Shown here: piece by piece, positions 36,531 through 47,545 of the stretch | Layout: the number at the start of each line of letters is the position of its first letter | How positions within the stretch are numbered: position 1 is the stretch's first letter | Source: Felis catus | Taxonomy: Eukaryota | Direction of reading: 5' to 3' | DNA length: 64,000 bases | Assembly (NCBI RefSeq): GCF_018350175.1 | Contig: NC_058368.1 | Location: forward strand, 133,922,001 to 133,986,000 | The notes under the pieces: model-generated | Told to the model about the DNA's origin: nothing | Databases searched by the model: none | What the model saw: the letters and a program-made list of their open reading frames with translations, nothing else | Position numbers and translations under genes: made by a program

Positions 36531-38540
36531 ATAGCATACTGTATGTGTATTTCTTACATTTGCAAAGAGAAGCCATGGGGAAAGGCCCCACACTCATTGC
36601 CTTGAAGGGGAAAAAAGGAACCAGATAGAGAAGCAGGGAAGGAAGACTTATCTTGATTATACTTACACAGTTCTGATTTGGGATGCATGGAAATGTTTTA
36701 TTTCATTTTGAAAACACATCAACTCTGCGTTAGCACCAACAGAACAAGACAATCAGACATTTCACACTTTCTGATGGAGCCAGATTCCTGCCCCCCAGAA
36801 ATTAAATTTGAATACAAGACTTTAGGCTTAATTTACAGCCTACAAATGAAACGAGAGGTTTAAGTTAAAACAGCCTGCACGGTAGCTGTCAGCCAAATGC
36901 CCAAGGTGGAGCATCCTGTAGAATAACTAACTTTGTTTTGTTGACATGTGAATGGTGTTGGGGAAGTAGAGAGGAAGGTGGATGGGGCAAGAGGAGACTG
37001 CTCTTGTTAAAAGACACAGCAATAGAAGCTCTTTAAGAGATACAACCAACAACAGAGTAGCCCTCGTTTTGATTCTGATTCACATGAAGCATCAGGAAAA
37101 GACATTTTATAGACTATCAAGAAACTTTGAGGACACGATATTAGAGAATATTAAGGAATTAGGAATTTTTGAATGATAACGGCAATGTTCTTATTCTTTT
37201 GAAATGCATTTTGAAGTATTTCTGCATAAAATGACTTGATGTTTGGGATTTCTTTTAAAATATTCTGGGCATGAAGGAGGGGAGGAGGGGATACATGGAA
37301 TCAGCAGGCAAAATATCAGTGATTGTCGAACGTCGGTGTATACATGGAGGCTCCTTGTAACTACTTCTGTATCTGTTTCAAAATGTTCTGTCCCCATCCT
37401 CAGTTGCAGACAATCCTGCTTAGCTGGGAACAGAAGACTGAGCATGTTCTCCTTTACTATGAAGCCTGATGTTTTAGAGATGTCACATTTTAATTGTTTT
37501 CTGCTTTACTCCATCTTCTGTGTAGTGGTGCATTTTTTGTGGGTACCGCGAGCGTATGCATGCTCACCTACTGGATATCACGTTTTCTTCTATATTGTGA
37601 TAATATTATCAGTGTTACTGATGAAAATGCCATATTTTTATTTCCTTGTAATTCATTCCTCATTTTATAGACCCAACGTCCTCCAGGCACTGCCACAAAT
37701 CCACCTAATGTCCTTGAAATTCACACTTCGCCTTTAAAACTTAAGATGTAGCTGACTGGTGGGAAAAACACATGTTGCCAGACCCCCCTTGTGCCCATGC
37801 ACATGGATGGCCTCAAGAGGAAATGAATGTAACTTCCCCAGTAGCTGCTAAGGTTTGGAGGAGCTTTGAGAAGACATTTCCCTTTTCTGGCATGCACTGG
37901 CGTAACTGATGTCACATATACTTGGAGAAAGGGGCCTTTCCTCAATTTGTCTTGAGCTATTCTGGTCCTACAGCAAAAGGCGCCACGCTGGCAATTCCCT
38001 CCTTCTCCTGAATATATAAGCGCCCGTGACACCTAAATTAGTCCTCTTCTGTGCTTTACTAAGCGCTTTTCCTGCATTAATGTGATCCGGAAAGTTGAGA
38101 ATCCAGCAGGAGCTCTATGGAGCCAGTGGCCTGAGGGAGCTTCTAGCAAATGGAAAGGCAGATAAATGAAATAGCTCAGTTTTATCCCGGTGAAAAACAA
38201 AACTAGTGGGTAACATTCCCACAGAGTTCTGAGAAACCCACCATGAGCCGGTGTCATGCATTAATCTCTACTTAGGTATAAAGTACAATGAACTCTCTGC
38301 CCTTGATTCCTGGGAGAACGAGGCAAATGACAAGAATTGCAGCTTATAAGAGAATTTAAAAAGCAAGCACATTTTGGAGAATGTCCTGAGCTCCACCCAC
38401 GCGACCCTTCCCCTTTGGCTTTCGTATTCACATTCTTGTACACTCACAGTTACTATTACAGATGGTGACATGAAGCGTCCCCTGCTCTGGAATCACTCAA
38501 GCAGCACTAAATTGTTTCCAGTTTGTTGAATTTTTAAAAA

Positions 38541-38753
38541 ATTTTTAAAAATGTTTTTTATTTATTATTGAGAGACAGAGAGAGAGCATGAGCATGGGAG
38601 AGGCAGAGAGAGAGGGAGACACAGAATCTGAAGCAGGCTCCAGGCTCTGAGCTGTCAGCACAGAGCCCGACGCGGGGCTCAAACTCACAAACTGTGAGAT
38701 CATGACCTGAGCCGAAGCCGGACGCTCAACCGACTGAGCCACCCAGGGGCCCC
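38541..38753 (-). mobile_element. CanSINE
   Basis: Typical body ...ggacgctcaaccgactgagccacccaggggcccc. Confidence 0.93.
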
Positions 38754-38807
38754 ACCCCCTGAAAAAATTGTTTTTTAATAGTCTCTCAAATTTTTTAAGG
38801 CAGGAAG

Positions 38808-38808
<1 letters not shown>

Positions 38809-38846
<38 letters not shown>
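38809..38846. repeat. (CA)n microsatellite
   Basis: Direct inspection. Confidence 0.9.
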
Positions 38847-38848
<2 letters not shown>

Positions 38849-39151
38849 TTGTTCTCATTCCTTTTTTGTTGAGAGTAAATTGTAGACATCATGACCCATT
38901 AACCCTAAGTCTCCTGAGAACAAGGACATCTCTTCTATAACCACAGTGCCAATGCCTAATTGAGAATATTGAACATTGATACAATGTTATTATACAGTGT
39001 ACACATTTTGGCAATTGTCTTAATATTATCCTTTATAGTAATTTTGTTTTTTCTAGTCCACGTTCACACATTGCATTTAGTTTTTGTGTGTCTTTAGTTT
39101 GAGGCAATTCCTTAGCCTTTTGTTGTCTCTCATGGCATTGATATATTTATC

Positions 39152-39156
<5 letters not shown>

Positions 39157-39192
<36 letters not shown>
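39157..39192. repeat. (CA)n microsatellite
   Basis: Direct inspection. Confidence 0.9.
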
Positions 39193-39194
<2 letters not shown>

Positions 39195-40227
39195 GTCCCT
39201 CACTTGAAGCATCTTTCCTCATGATTTGATTCAGGTTATACAGTTTTGGTAGAAATACTACATGGGTGAGGTTGTGTCTTTCTCACTGCCAGGATCCTCA
39301 CAAAACTTTTTGAGAGGGAGTCGTGATGAGTAGAGCCCAGGATTCTAGGACTGCAGCATGACCCTGAAATGGAGAAGGGACAGGATGCAGAGAAGGAATA
39401 TAGGACTGGGCTGGCTGCCAGGGTCACATGTATAGTTGCTCCTCCAGGCAGATACCCACCCCTGCTTCTGCAGCCCCTGTGGGTCCTCTGAGCACCACGT
39501 GACTACTTCCCGTCAAAGCAGCCTTCATTCTCTAGCCCTCAGTGTGGGGTTATTGTCGAAAATCACCTTCTCCCTCTCCTACTTTTGCAGGTCCCTTCTT
39601 GATGTGAACCCGTGCAGCCAGGAGGGCTGTGCAAGGAGACACGGCATTCACAACAACCCCATGCCTACCCCCGGTCCTAAGCCATGGGCCATTTCCTCAG
39701 GACCTGCTGTGCACTGGGACCTGCACCAACCACTTTGTCTCCAGCTTCATATCAGAGCCGTCCCTCTTCCACAGAGAGGGACTCGTAAGTGTTAAATCGG
39801 TGTTTGCAATCCCTTTTCCTTCCAGGTAATTCATTTGCATTTTTTCAATCAGGATCTTATTTTGCTTCCTTCTGCTGTAACTCTAACTCTCTGCTATCCC
39901 ATTGTATTTTCTCGTCTCGAAAGTGTTGAAATCATTTTCTAATTTTGAACCTTTTGAGTTTCACCAAGTGCTGATTCCCACCTTTCCAACGTCTCCTCTG
40001 CATTCAGCATACACCGCAGCCAGCGACCCCATGCACAGAGTCTGGCATGCAGAACACTGAGCCTCCCTCCAGAGTTAGCAGTGTGACTGCATCAAATCCC
40101 AGAGTAACAATTACTCTCTGAAAATAAAACAAAAATATTCCCAAGAGGGCACAGTCCTAAAATTTCATTGTTAACCTGATTCCTACAGGCAAAGGGCATC
40201 CCAATTATATGCAGTTCATTTTCTATG

Positions 40228-40380
40228 TATCTTGAGTCAGACTGCTTGGGTTCAGATCCCAGCTTTCAACCACTAAACTGTATTCTCTGAACCTTCTTTT
40301 TCGCCACCTATAGATGGGGGATAACCTTCTTTGTGGGCCAACTCAGAGGATTAATGAGACCATGTACGTTGAGCACTCAT
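40228..40380 (+). mobile_element. MIR
   Basis: gagtcagactgcttgggttcagatcccagct...gaggattaatgaga. Confidence 0.6.
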
Positions 40381-40989
40381 AAGAGGAGTTTGTGTTTTAC
40401 TGGTTCATCACAATATCATGTCATTGTTTAGAGCTCTTCAGAAGCCTCTGTATCTGTGAATTTGTGAACTTGGAGTTCTTCCAAAGAAGAGCTCCACTAG
40501 GCATTTCCCACCCCTACCTAGGACTGAAGAAGGACTGTCTTCCTCCCATAGGTTTGAGCGGACAGGATAGCCACCGTTGAGCCCATCTGAAATGAAGGGG
40601 CATGTCTACACTCCAGTGTAATTATTCAAGAGTGTATCTAAACTGTTACCAGAATTCAAATCACAGAACACTGTATTTCACTTATGCTTTGCACATCTGT
40701 CAGCCTCCAAAGACCTGGTCCTGGCTCTAATTTTGTTACTTATGGTTCACATGCATGCAGAGAAAACAATAGAAGAATATAACACAAGAAACACACACAT
40801 ACAGAAGAAAACAACAGTAGAATATAACAGTGGAAGATTCCACATGGAGTGTTTATGGAGGCTCATTATATTTTTAGAGCTTGTCTACCTTAGAAATATT
40901 TTTCAAACAAAAAGTTTTACTAAAAATTCATCTTGACTCCCACTTCACATTGTATGCAGAAAACAATTCCAGTCGGCTATAGCTCTAAA

Positions 40990-41975
40990 TGTGAAACCTA
41001 ACAATAGAGATAAATACAAAGTCAACTTCCAGAAAAGAGAGGATAATACTGTCATGGCCTCAAGGTCGGCAAATTTTTTTAAACAGGACAGAAATGCGCT
41101 GAGAATAAAGGAACAATTATAAATCAAGCTGCATTAAAGTTAAGAACTTTCTGTGCCTCTCTCATGTACACATGCACACATAGATATGCAAATGGCTAAC
41201 AAAGTTGAAAATATCCTCAGTCATCAGGAAAGTAAAAATTAAATCCCAATGAAATATCATTATTCACCCATCAGAATTGTTAACATTCTTAAACAAACAA
41301 TAGCAAATATTAAGATGGGGAGTGATCAGAATTCACATACATTGCCAATGAGTATAAATGGGTACTAACACTTTGGAAAACAGGTTGGCGATACCTACTG
41401 AAATTAAATATATGTATACCCTATGACCCAATACATCCCCGCCCTGGCAAACACCTAATAAAGATTTGCATATTTGTTCGCTAGAGACAGAGATATGAAT
41501 GTCCAAAGCAGCAGCGTTTATAATAGCCAAGAAATGGACAACAGTGCAAATGGCCACTAACAGTAGGATGAATAAATAAATAGTGGTTCGCTAGTACAAC
41601 CGAATACCATTCAGCAATGAAAATAAACAAATGATTGCTGTATGCAGCATCTTTGGTAAATGTCCCATATTTACTGCTTTGCGAAAGAAGCCAGACACAA
41701 AAGACTATACAGCAGGCGGTCTCTGGTATATAAAATTCACAAAGAGGCAAAATCTTTCTTTGATGATAGAAGTTAAGAGTACCGGGTGCCCCTGGGGGCT
41801 ACTGACTGGGAATATGCACGAGGGGGCTTCTGAGTTGCTGAGAAGGTGCTGTTTCTTGATCTGTGTGCTGGGCACACGGATGTGCTCGCTTTGGTAAAGA
41901 CTCATTAAACTGTACACTTAGGATTGGGGAACCTTCTGTATGTATGTTTTACTTCATTAAAAGGTTTACTAAACT
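40990..41975 (+). mobile_element. Ancient L1M 3' region (ORF2 end and 3'UTR)
   Basis: cctcagtcatcaggaaagtaaaaattaaa...cacccatcagaattg...ccctatgacccaa...gccagacacaaaag...aactgtacacttagg. Confidence 0.8.
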
Positions 41976-43088
41976 CAAAACAAAGCAAAAAAAAAAAAAA
42001 AAACCAAACAAACCAACCCACCTTTGTTTTCAAGATAGGGCCTGATAAGCTAATGGGGGCCACATGAGCACACAGACAATATGTGGTTAATTCTGCTTCA
42101 ACTGGAGTAGAGAACAAAAGAGGGAAAGGAAAGCCAGCATGAGGGCCAGGCAGGCTAGAGTAATGTACACTTGAAAAGGGGCCAGACCCTTCAACCCAAA
42201 GCTTCCTCTTCCACCACGTCCATTTTTATTCCACTTTCTGCAGCCCAGAAGTTCCTTACCTTCAGGAACAAACTCTCATTCATCTTGGTAACCCCCAGGA
42301 ACTTGCTAGTACACACATAGAGTGATGGCTGGTAAACAGCCTGAGAGTCCTGCTGCTGAGAACTCAGACACGATAGAGGATATAAACGCCAAGTATAGAT
42401 CCAATGTTAATTGCCTTGGTTCCAAGGCATTTAAAATCAGTCCTTTCAGAGGGAGGGCTGCAGTCTCACCTGCAGAGGTTTCAGTCTCACCTGACTTAAC
42501 CAAAAAGAAAAGCTCTTACTGCCACATAGGGACAGGCCTGGAGATCCTGGGACCCTCAGCATCACTTTTGCCACCTGAGTGTCAGGGAGGCCTCAGAAAC
42601 AGGCAACAAAAAGACTAGGGCGCGGTCCCTGTTTCTCTCCCCTCTACTCTGCCAAAGCAGGAGCCACTTGCAAAAAGCAACGGGCAACTCTGGAACCTAA
42701 TGTCTTCAGTAGGAAGCTAGACTGGTCCAGCATTTCCATGGCCTTTCCAGAATCTCCCAGGACTCCTGTGTGGGCTTCTGAAGGGCTGTGCAGGCTTTGC
42801 AGCAATGCAGGGATTTAAGAGTTGAACTGGTAAGCTTCAGAATGGGGTATTTAAAATAGCCTGGTTCCCAATAAGCTGGGAATTGGAATTTAAGTGTGAT
42901 ATTATCTTACCTGAGGATGTTGGCAGATGGTGGGTAGCATACCTACCTGGTCACTGAGGAGGTGGTGTCCCCACTCCTACACTCTTATCATGTCACCTCC
43001 TACATGTATGTGTGTAATTGACCTTCTGACCTGAGTGTTGAAGAGAGAGCCTTCTGGGGCTGATAAAAACCTCTTACTTGACCCCTTC

Positions 43089-43420
43089 TGTTGTGGGCTG
43101 CTTTGTGTCATTCCCAAATTCCTATGCTGAAGTCTTAACCCGAGTACTCAGAAGGTGACTTTATTTGGAAAAAAGAGTCTTTAAAGAGGTAATTAAGTTG
43201 AACTGAGATCATTAGGATGGGCCCTAATATAGTATGACTGGTGTCCTTATGAGAAGAATAAATTAGACACATACAAAGGGAAGATGATGCGAAGACACAG
43301 AAGATGGCCGTCTACACAGGGAGAGCCAATGAATGAGGTCTCTGAGAAACTAACCTTGCTGACGCCTGATCTTAGACGTCTAGTCCCCAGAATTATGAGC
43401 AGTTTCTCAGTCAGAGGAAG
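43089..43420 (+). mobile_element. MLT1-type MaLR LTR in CD180 intron 1
   Basis: tgttgtgggctg...cccaaattcctatgctgaagtcttaaccc...gaggtaattaagtt...gggccctaat...gactggtgtccttatgagaaga. Confidence 0.8.
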
Positions 43421-44033
43421 GTTGCAGCATTTTAGAAGATGGCAAGGGACCCCCTCCAAGAACTTCCCACGAGTTGGTAAATATTGTTAAGGCCAAAACA
43501 GAAGATGCAGTTTGGCTCTGTTCTCCAATGTTACTCCTGTGGGTCAGTAAAACAGATGGAGGGCTGTCCAATTCGAGGAGAAAGCCAGACTCATTCAGAG
43601 TGATCTCTATATGCTCTAAAACCTGGCACAGGCCATCTTCGCTAATCTCCAGGAAACCAAAAAACTGTTTGTGGAGTAGTGGCCATATGCTGGGATGTTG
43701 GGCAAACAGCACCTCCATTCTGGAAGCACATTTGGAAGGCTGCTCTTTGTACCGAGACCCTGTTGGTATCGTATGTCTCAATTAGGATCGTTTCGAGGGA
43801 ATTGTTTGTAGAGGAGGAAAACTCTCACTTCTTCCAACGGATAATTTTTGAGATCATCCCCTGGCTGAGCTCTATGGCTCCTTCTTCATTCTGAAGAAGA
43901 ACCTTTCTCCATACCTTGTCACCCTTTTAAAGACAGTGAACATAGGGAGGCCAAGGCTCAGATAGGACTGCGTGCTGAATCTCAAAATTTCCAGGCAGTT
44001 TAATCTGGATAAAGACAAACAGTTTGGACTCAC

Positions 44034-44123
44034 CTCAGTGCACATCTGATCCGAGGAGGTGATGGCTTTACAGCTGGCAGAAAACATCACTGCCAACAGG
44101 AAGCAGCCGGCACAGGGAGCCAT
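44034..44123 (-). CDS. CD180: CD180 exon 1 coding part (signal peptide)
   Basis: ATG in good Kozak context (gtgATGg). Encodes MAPCAGCFLLAVMFSASCKAITSSDQMCTE|gtgagt; 90 nt. The three exons total 661 codons plus stop. Confidence 0.95.
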
Positions 44124-44179
44124 CACCCGAATGAGGCCACCCCAGCTTGGTGGGCTTATCTTGTGCCTGGAGCAGAGAA

Positions 44180-44400
44180 ATGGAATCAAACTCTAATGGC
44201 CTCAGTTATTCGGCGGGCAGAGAAGTGCTCAGAAGGGTGATCTGGAAACAAGAAATGCTGTTGATTGCTCAGCTGGTTCTGTGCTGCAAAAAAAAAAAAA
44301 AAAAAGGAAGTCCCTTTTGCATATCACCAATCCTCCTTGCCAAAAATAGCTGAGAACCCAGCCTCAGAATGGCCCAGTGTGTTTCCTGGCAAATATGAAT
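44180..44400 (-). promoter_or_regulatory. CD180 proximal promoter (no clear TATA box)
   Basis: Immediately upstream of exon 1 (motifs read on +): E-box CAGCTG 44270-44275, A18 run, ETS core GGAAGT 44306-44311, octamer-like TTTTGCAT 44315-44322, CCAAT 44327-44331, MEF2-like CCAAAAATAG 44340-44349. Confidence 0.6.
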
Positions 44401-45209
44401 CAGTTGAGCACCCCTCTGGGGCCGGTCACCCGGGCTCTCAATGGGATGGTTTCTATGGACATTAGGCCAGCTTCAAGAGTTTGGCTAATTCCAACAGCTT
44501 CTGGTCTCTTCGGCGAGACAGACTATAGAAGCAGGAAGCTGTCCTCACAAAGGAGGCCACTTTGTTAGTTGTGCTAGGTGAGTGACCTGGACAGGTGCAG
44601 TGGCGTGCCTTGGGGGCAGATGGAAGGACCGGGTTCTGCAGTGGCACCTGCTGAGGTGGGTACTGGAGCAGGAGGGAAAGGGCCATCCCCAGAAAGGGGC
44701 TGTACCCGCTCTTTGCACCTCCCCTGCTGCCTCGGCCACCCGGTTCGTATTGCCTCTGGTCTTGGCCCAGAAGGAGGACACATCCATCCTTAGACCCTGT
44801 GATTCAGGCTGGCTAAATCAGTGGGGTGGAGTCCCCTCTTTTTCCCTTTGAACCCGACCCAGGGAAGCAGGGCACACTGCTGTATCCAGAGCATTCTGGC
44901 TGAGAGAGCAGAGTTAAGGATGTCAGCCTTGGCTCGCTTTCTTCTTGGAAATAGCTTGAAGCAGGATTGCACTTGCCCTCATCATGGTGCAAGATGTGGT
45001 AGTTATTAAAAAAGGTCAAATTTCAAACATTCCTCCCTGGGCTGAATTTAGCTACTTCAGACGTTGTTTCCCAACCTTCTGGCATAGAGGGCCTGCTTGG
45101 CATTGCTTTTCTTCCACTTCATTTCCAAGAGTCCTGTTCTTAGCATCAGAGTTCAGAACAACTTGAGATACTGCTACCACTACTGTATTACTTCTGCTAA
45201 TAAAGTCAT

Positions 45210-45425
45210 TGTAGGACCTACCATTTATCGAGCACTTATTGTACGTCAGACCCCAGGTGGGATTCTTTTGTATGTGTTTATACCCTTATCACATTTTCTA
45301 CCAGAGTGATGCTATTATTTCACCTGCTTCATAGATGTAAAAACTGGTGTGAAGAGAAATTCAATGACCTCTCCAAGGCCACACGACTAGAAAATGGTGG
45401 ATGAAGGCTTCAGATCCACTGTCTC
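45210..45425 (-). mobile_element. MIR
   Basis: catttatcgagcactta...atagatgtaaaaactg...ccaaggccacacgactag. Confidence 0.6.
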
Positions 45426-45759
45426 ACTGTGGAGACTGTGCCATTACCCTCCATAGTTTTAGAAAGAGTTTTGCTTCCTGCAGGAAAGAAGAATGGGTGA
45501 GATAAAGAAAGTTCTTCGTCTGAAGGTTTCAGAGCAGATGCTAAAAAGCCGAGCGGGTTGGAGAAACTATGGCCCAAGCACTGTGCTAGGGCTTTCCTAG
45601 TCTCCCCTAAAACGCCATCGTTATCAATAGAAGCAGTTCCAAAGATGCTTTTGGCAAAACATGGTTCAAGCAAACCCAGGCTGATGACAGCCCGTCTTGC
45701 TTTAAAGGCCTGAATCACGACGAGAAGCAAGAGCTGGTCTTGAAGCAGGGGAGTTTTCA

Positions 45760-45925
45760 GCCTCAGATCCATTGGTTGTTAACTGAGTGAACTTGGGCAA
45801 GTCATGTCACTTAAGTGAGTCTGCTTCCCATCTGAAAACTAGAACAGGAAGTGCAGTTCCTGTTCTGCCGATCCCACAGGGTAATTATGAGGATCAAATG
45901 GGATCATACATGTGGAAATGCTCTC
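45760..45925 (+). mobile_element. MIR carrying a palindromic ETS pair
   Basis: gtgaacttgggcaagtca...cccatctgaaaa...cacagggtaattatgaggatcaaatgggat. Confidence 0.6.
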
Positions 45926-46128
45926 TTGACCTTTAATCCTTACATAAATACGAAGAAGGTGTTACTCCTCTGATTAACCAGTTCCAATGTCATGTAAATA
46001 CCTCTATCAGGAAATTGTCTCCTGCCCCAGAGATGTTGAAAAGGTATATTACTTTTCTTTTCAAAAAAAAAGAAGGTTTGATGGCTCAGTTAAGGCCATA
46101 GGATTTTGTCATTTTCCAAGGCCACACT

Positions 46129-46157
46129 ATTTGCATATGATTTGCATGTGTTTGCAT
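46129..46157. promoter_or_regulatory. Octamer (POU) motif triplet, candidate CD180 enhancer
   Basis: ATTTGCAT 46129-46136, ATTTGCAT 46140-46147, GTTTGCAT 46150-46157. Confidence 0.5.
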
Positions 46158-46504
46158 AATGGATTCAGAAGACTCACTGCAAGTGTATAAGACTAAAAGA
46201 AAATAAATGAATATGAGTGACCTTCTGCCACAGCATTCAAATCAAATATTCGGGGCATAATACCCTGAAATATGAAACAGATTAAAATTTAAACTATTGC
46301 AAACAGATGGGAAGATAGGTTTTAGAGTTCAAAGGCAAGAGTGAAACCCTGATTTGGTGCCAGGTTGTAAAGAATCACATACTCTTTAAGGTCACCCCAT
46401 CCAATGATTTTCATGCCTGATTCTTTCCTCCACATCCCTTGCCCCACCACTTTCCATAGACAAAACATACCCACTACATACTATGTTACATTCCAGTCTA
46501 TTCT

Positions 46505-46702
46505 TTTTTTTTTTAATGTTTATTTTTGAGAGAGAGGGAGTATGAACAAGAGAGGTGCAGAGAGCGGGAGGACAGAGGGTCCGAAGCAGGCTCCACGCTT
46601 ACAACAGTGAACCCGACACGAGGCTAAAACCAAGGAACCATGAGATCACATGACCTGAGCCAAGGTCACATACTCAAACGACTGAGCCCCCCAGGAACCC
46701 CC
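46505..46702 (-). mobile_element. CanSINE
   Basis: Poly-T tail, 'ccgaagcaggctcc', 'cgactgagcccccca'. Confidence 0.88.
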
Positions 46703-47346
46703 CTTCTGGTGTATTCTGAAAAGCTTCAGGTGACAGAAAATTTGCTGTCCCCAAGAAATTGTTTTGGCAAAATTTAACTGTATAAAACTGAAACCCTTAA
46801 ACTTCTCCCCAATGATCCTCCTTTCCTCAGGCCAAAAGAACAAGTTCCAGCCCTTATCTATCTGCTGGTCCTTGAGCTACTTGGCAGTAGTTAGGATGCC
46901 CCTGAATCATCCCTTTTCCAGATTAAAATTTTCTTGTTCCTCCAACTGTGATATACGTTCATGCATCATAAATCCCTAACAATCTCTCTGAATATGTTCC
47001 AAATCTCCCAAGAAGAGCAGTGACTTGATTCTAGCTCTAGGTTTGCCATTAATTCGTGTGTCTCAATGTCCTCCTCTCTAAAGTGGAGTTGGACTGTAAG
47101 GCACTTCGTCATCTTCATCTAAAAATCCCATTTCTCTGTTTCAAAACAGTGATTTCCATTTTACTTACATAACAATGATTGGCGTGAGCCAAGAAAATGG
47201 AGTTACACTTGCTCCAGGTGGACTTGCTCCTTGGCAAACATGAAACACAAACAGCTTTGGCTGGAACAATGGACATCACGATTGCTGCATTTCTGGTTAA
47301 TTGCATTGCCATTAAAGGATGGTCACCTGTTTTAAGAACCAGTTCT

Positions 47347-47545
47347 GGGGCACCTGGGTGGCTCGGTCTGTTAAGCGTCTGACTTCGGCTTAGGTCATGA
47401 TTTCACTGTAAGTGAGTTCGTGCCCCACCTCGGGCTCCCTGCTGTCAGTGCAGAGCCTGCTTCAGATCCTCTGTCCTCTTTCTCTGCCCTTCTCCCATGG
47501 GTTCTCTCCCTCTCTCAAAATAAATAAATAAACCTAAAAAAAAAA
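47347..47545 (+). mobile_element. CanSINE
   Basis: ggggcacctgggtggctcggtctgttaagcgtctgac...aaaataaataaataaa. Confidence 0.92.

Noticed and set aside
37243..37737. 164-aa ORF in CD180 intron 1 (+ strand)
   Set aside because: Non-ATG start, overlaps old L1-like sequence, and no recognisable domain.
44124..44189. 22-codon N-terminal extension of CD180
   Set aside because: It starts at TTG. The ATG at 44123 has good Kozak context and gives the expected signal peptide and 661-aa length.
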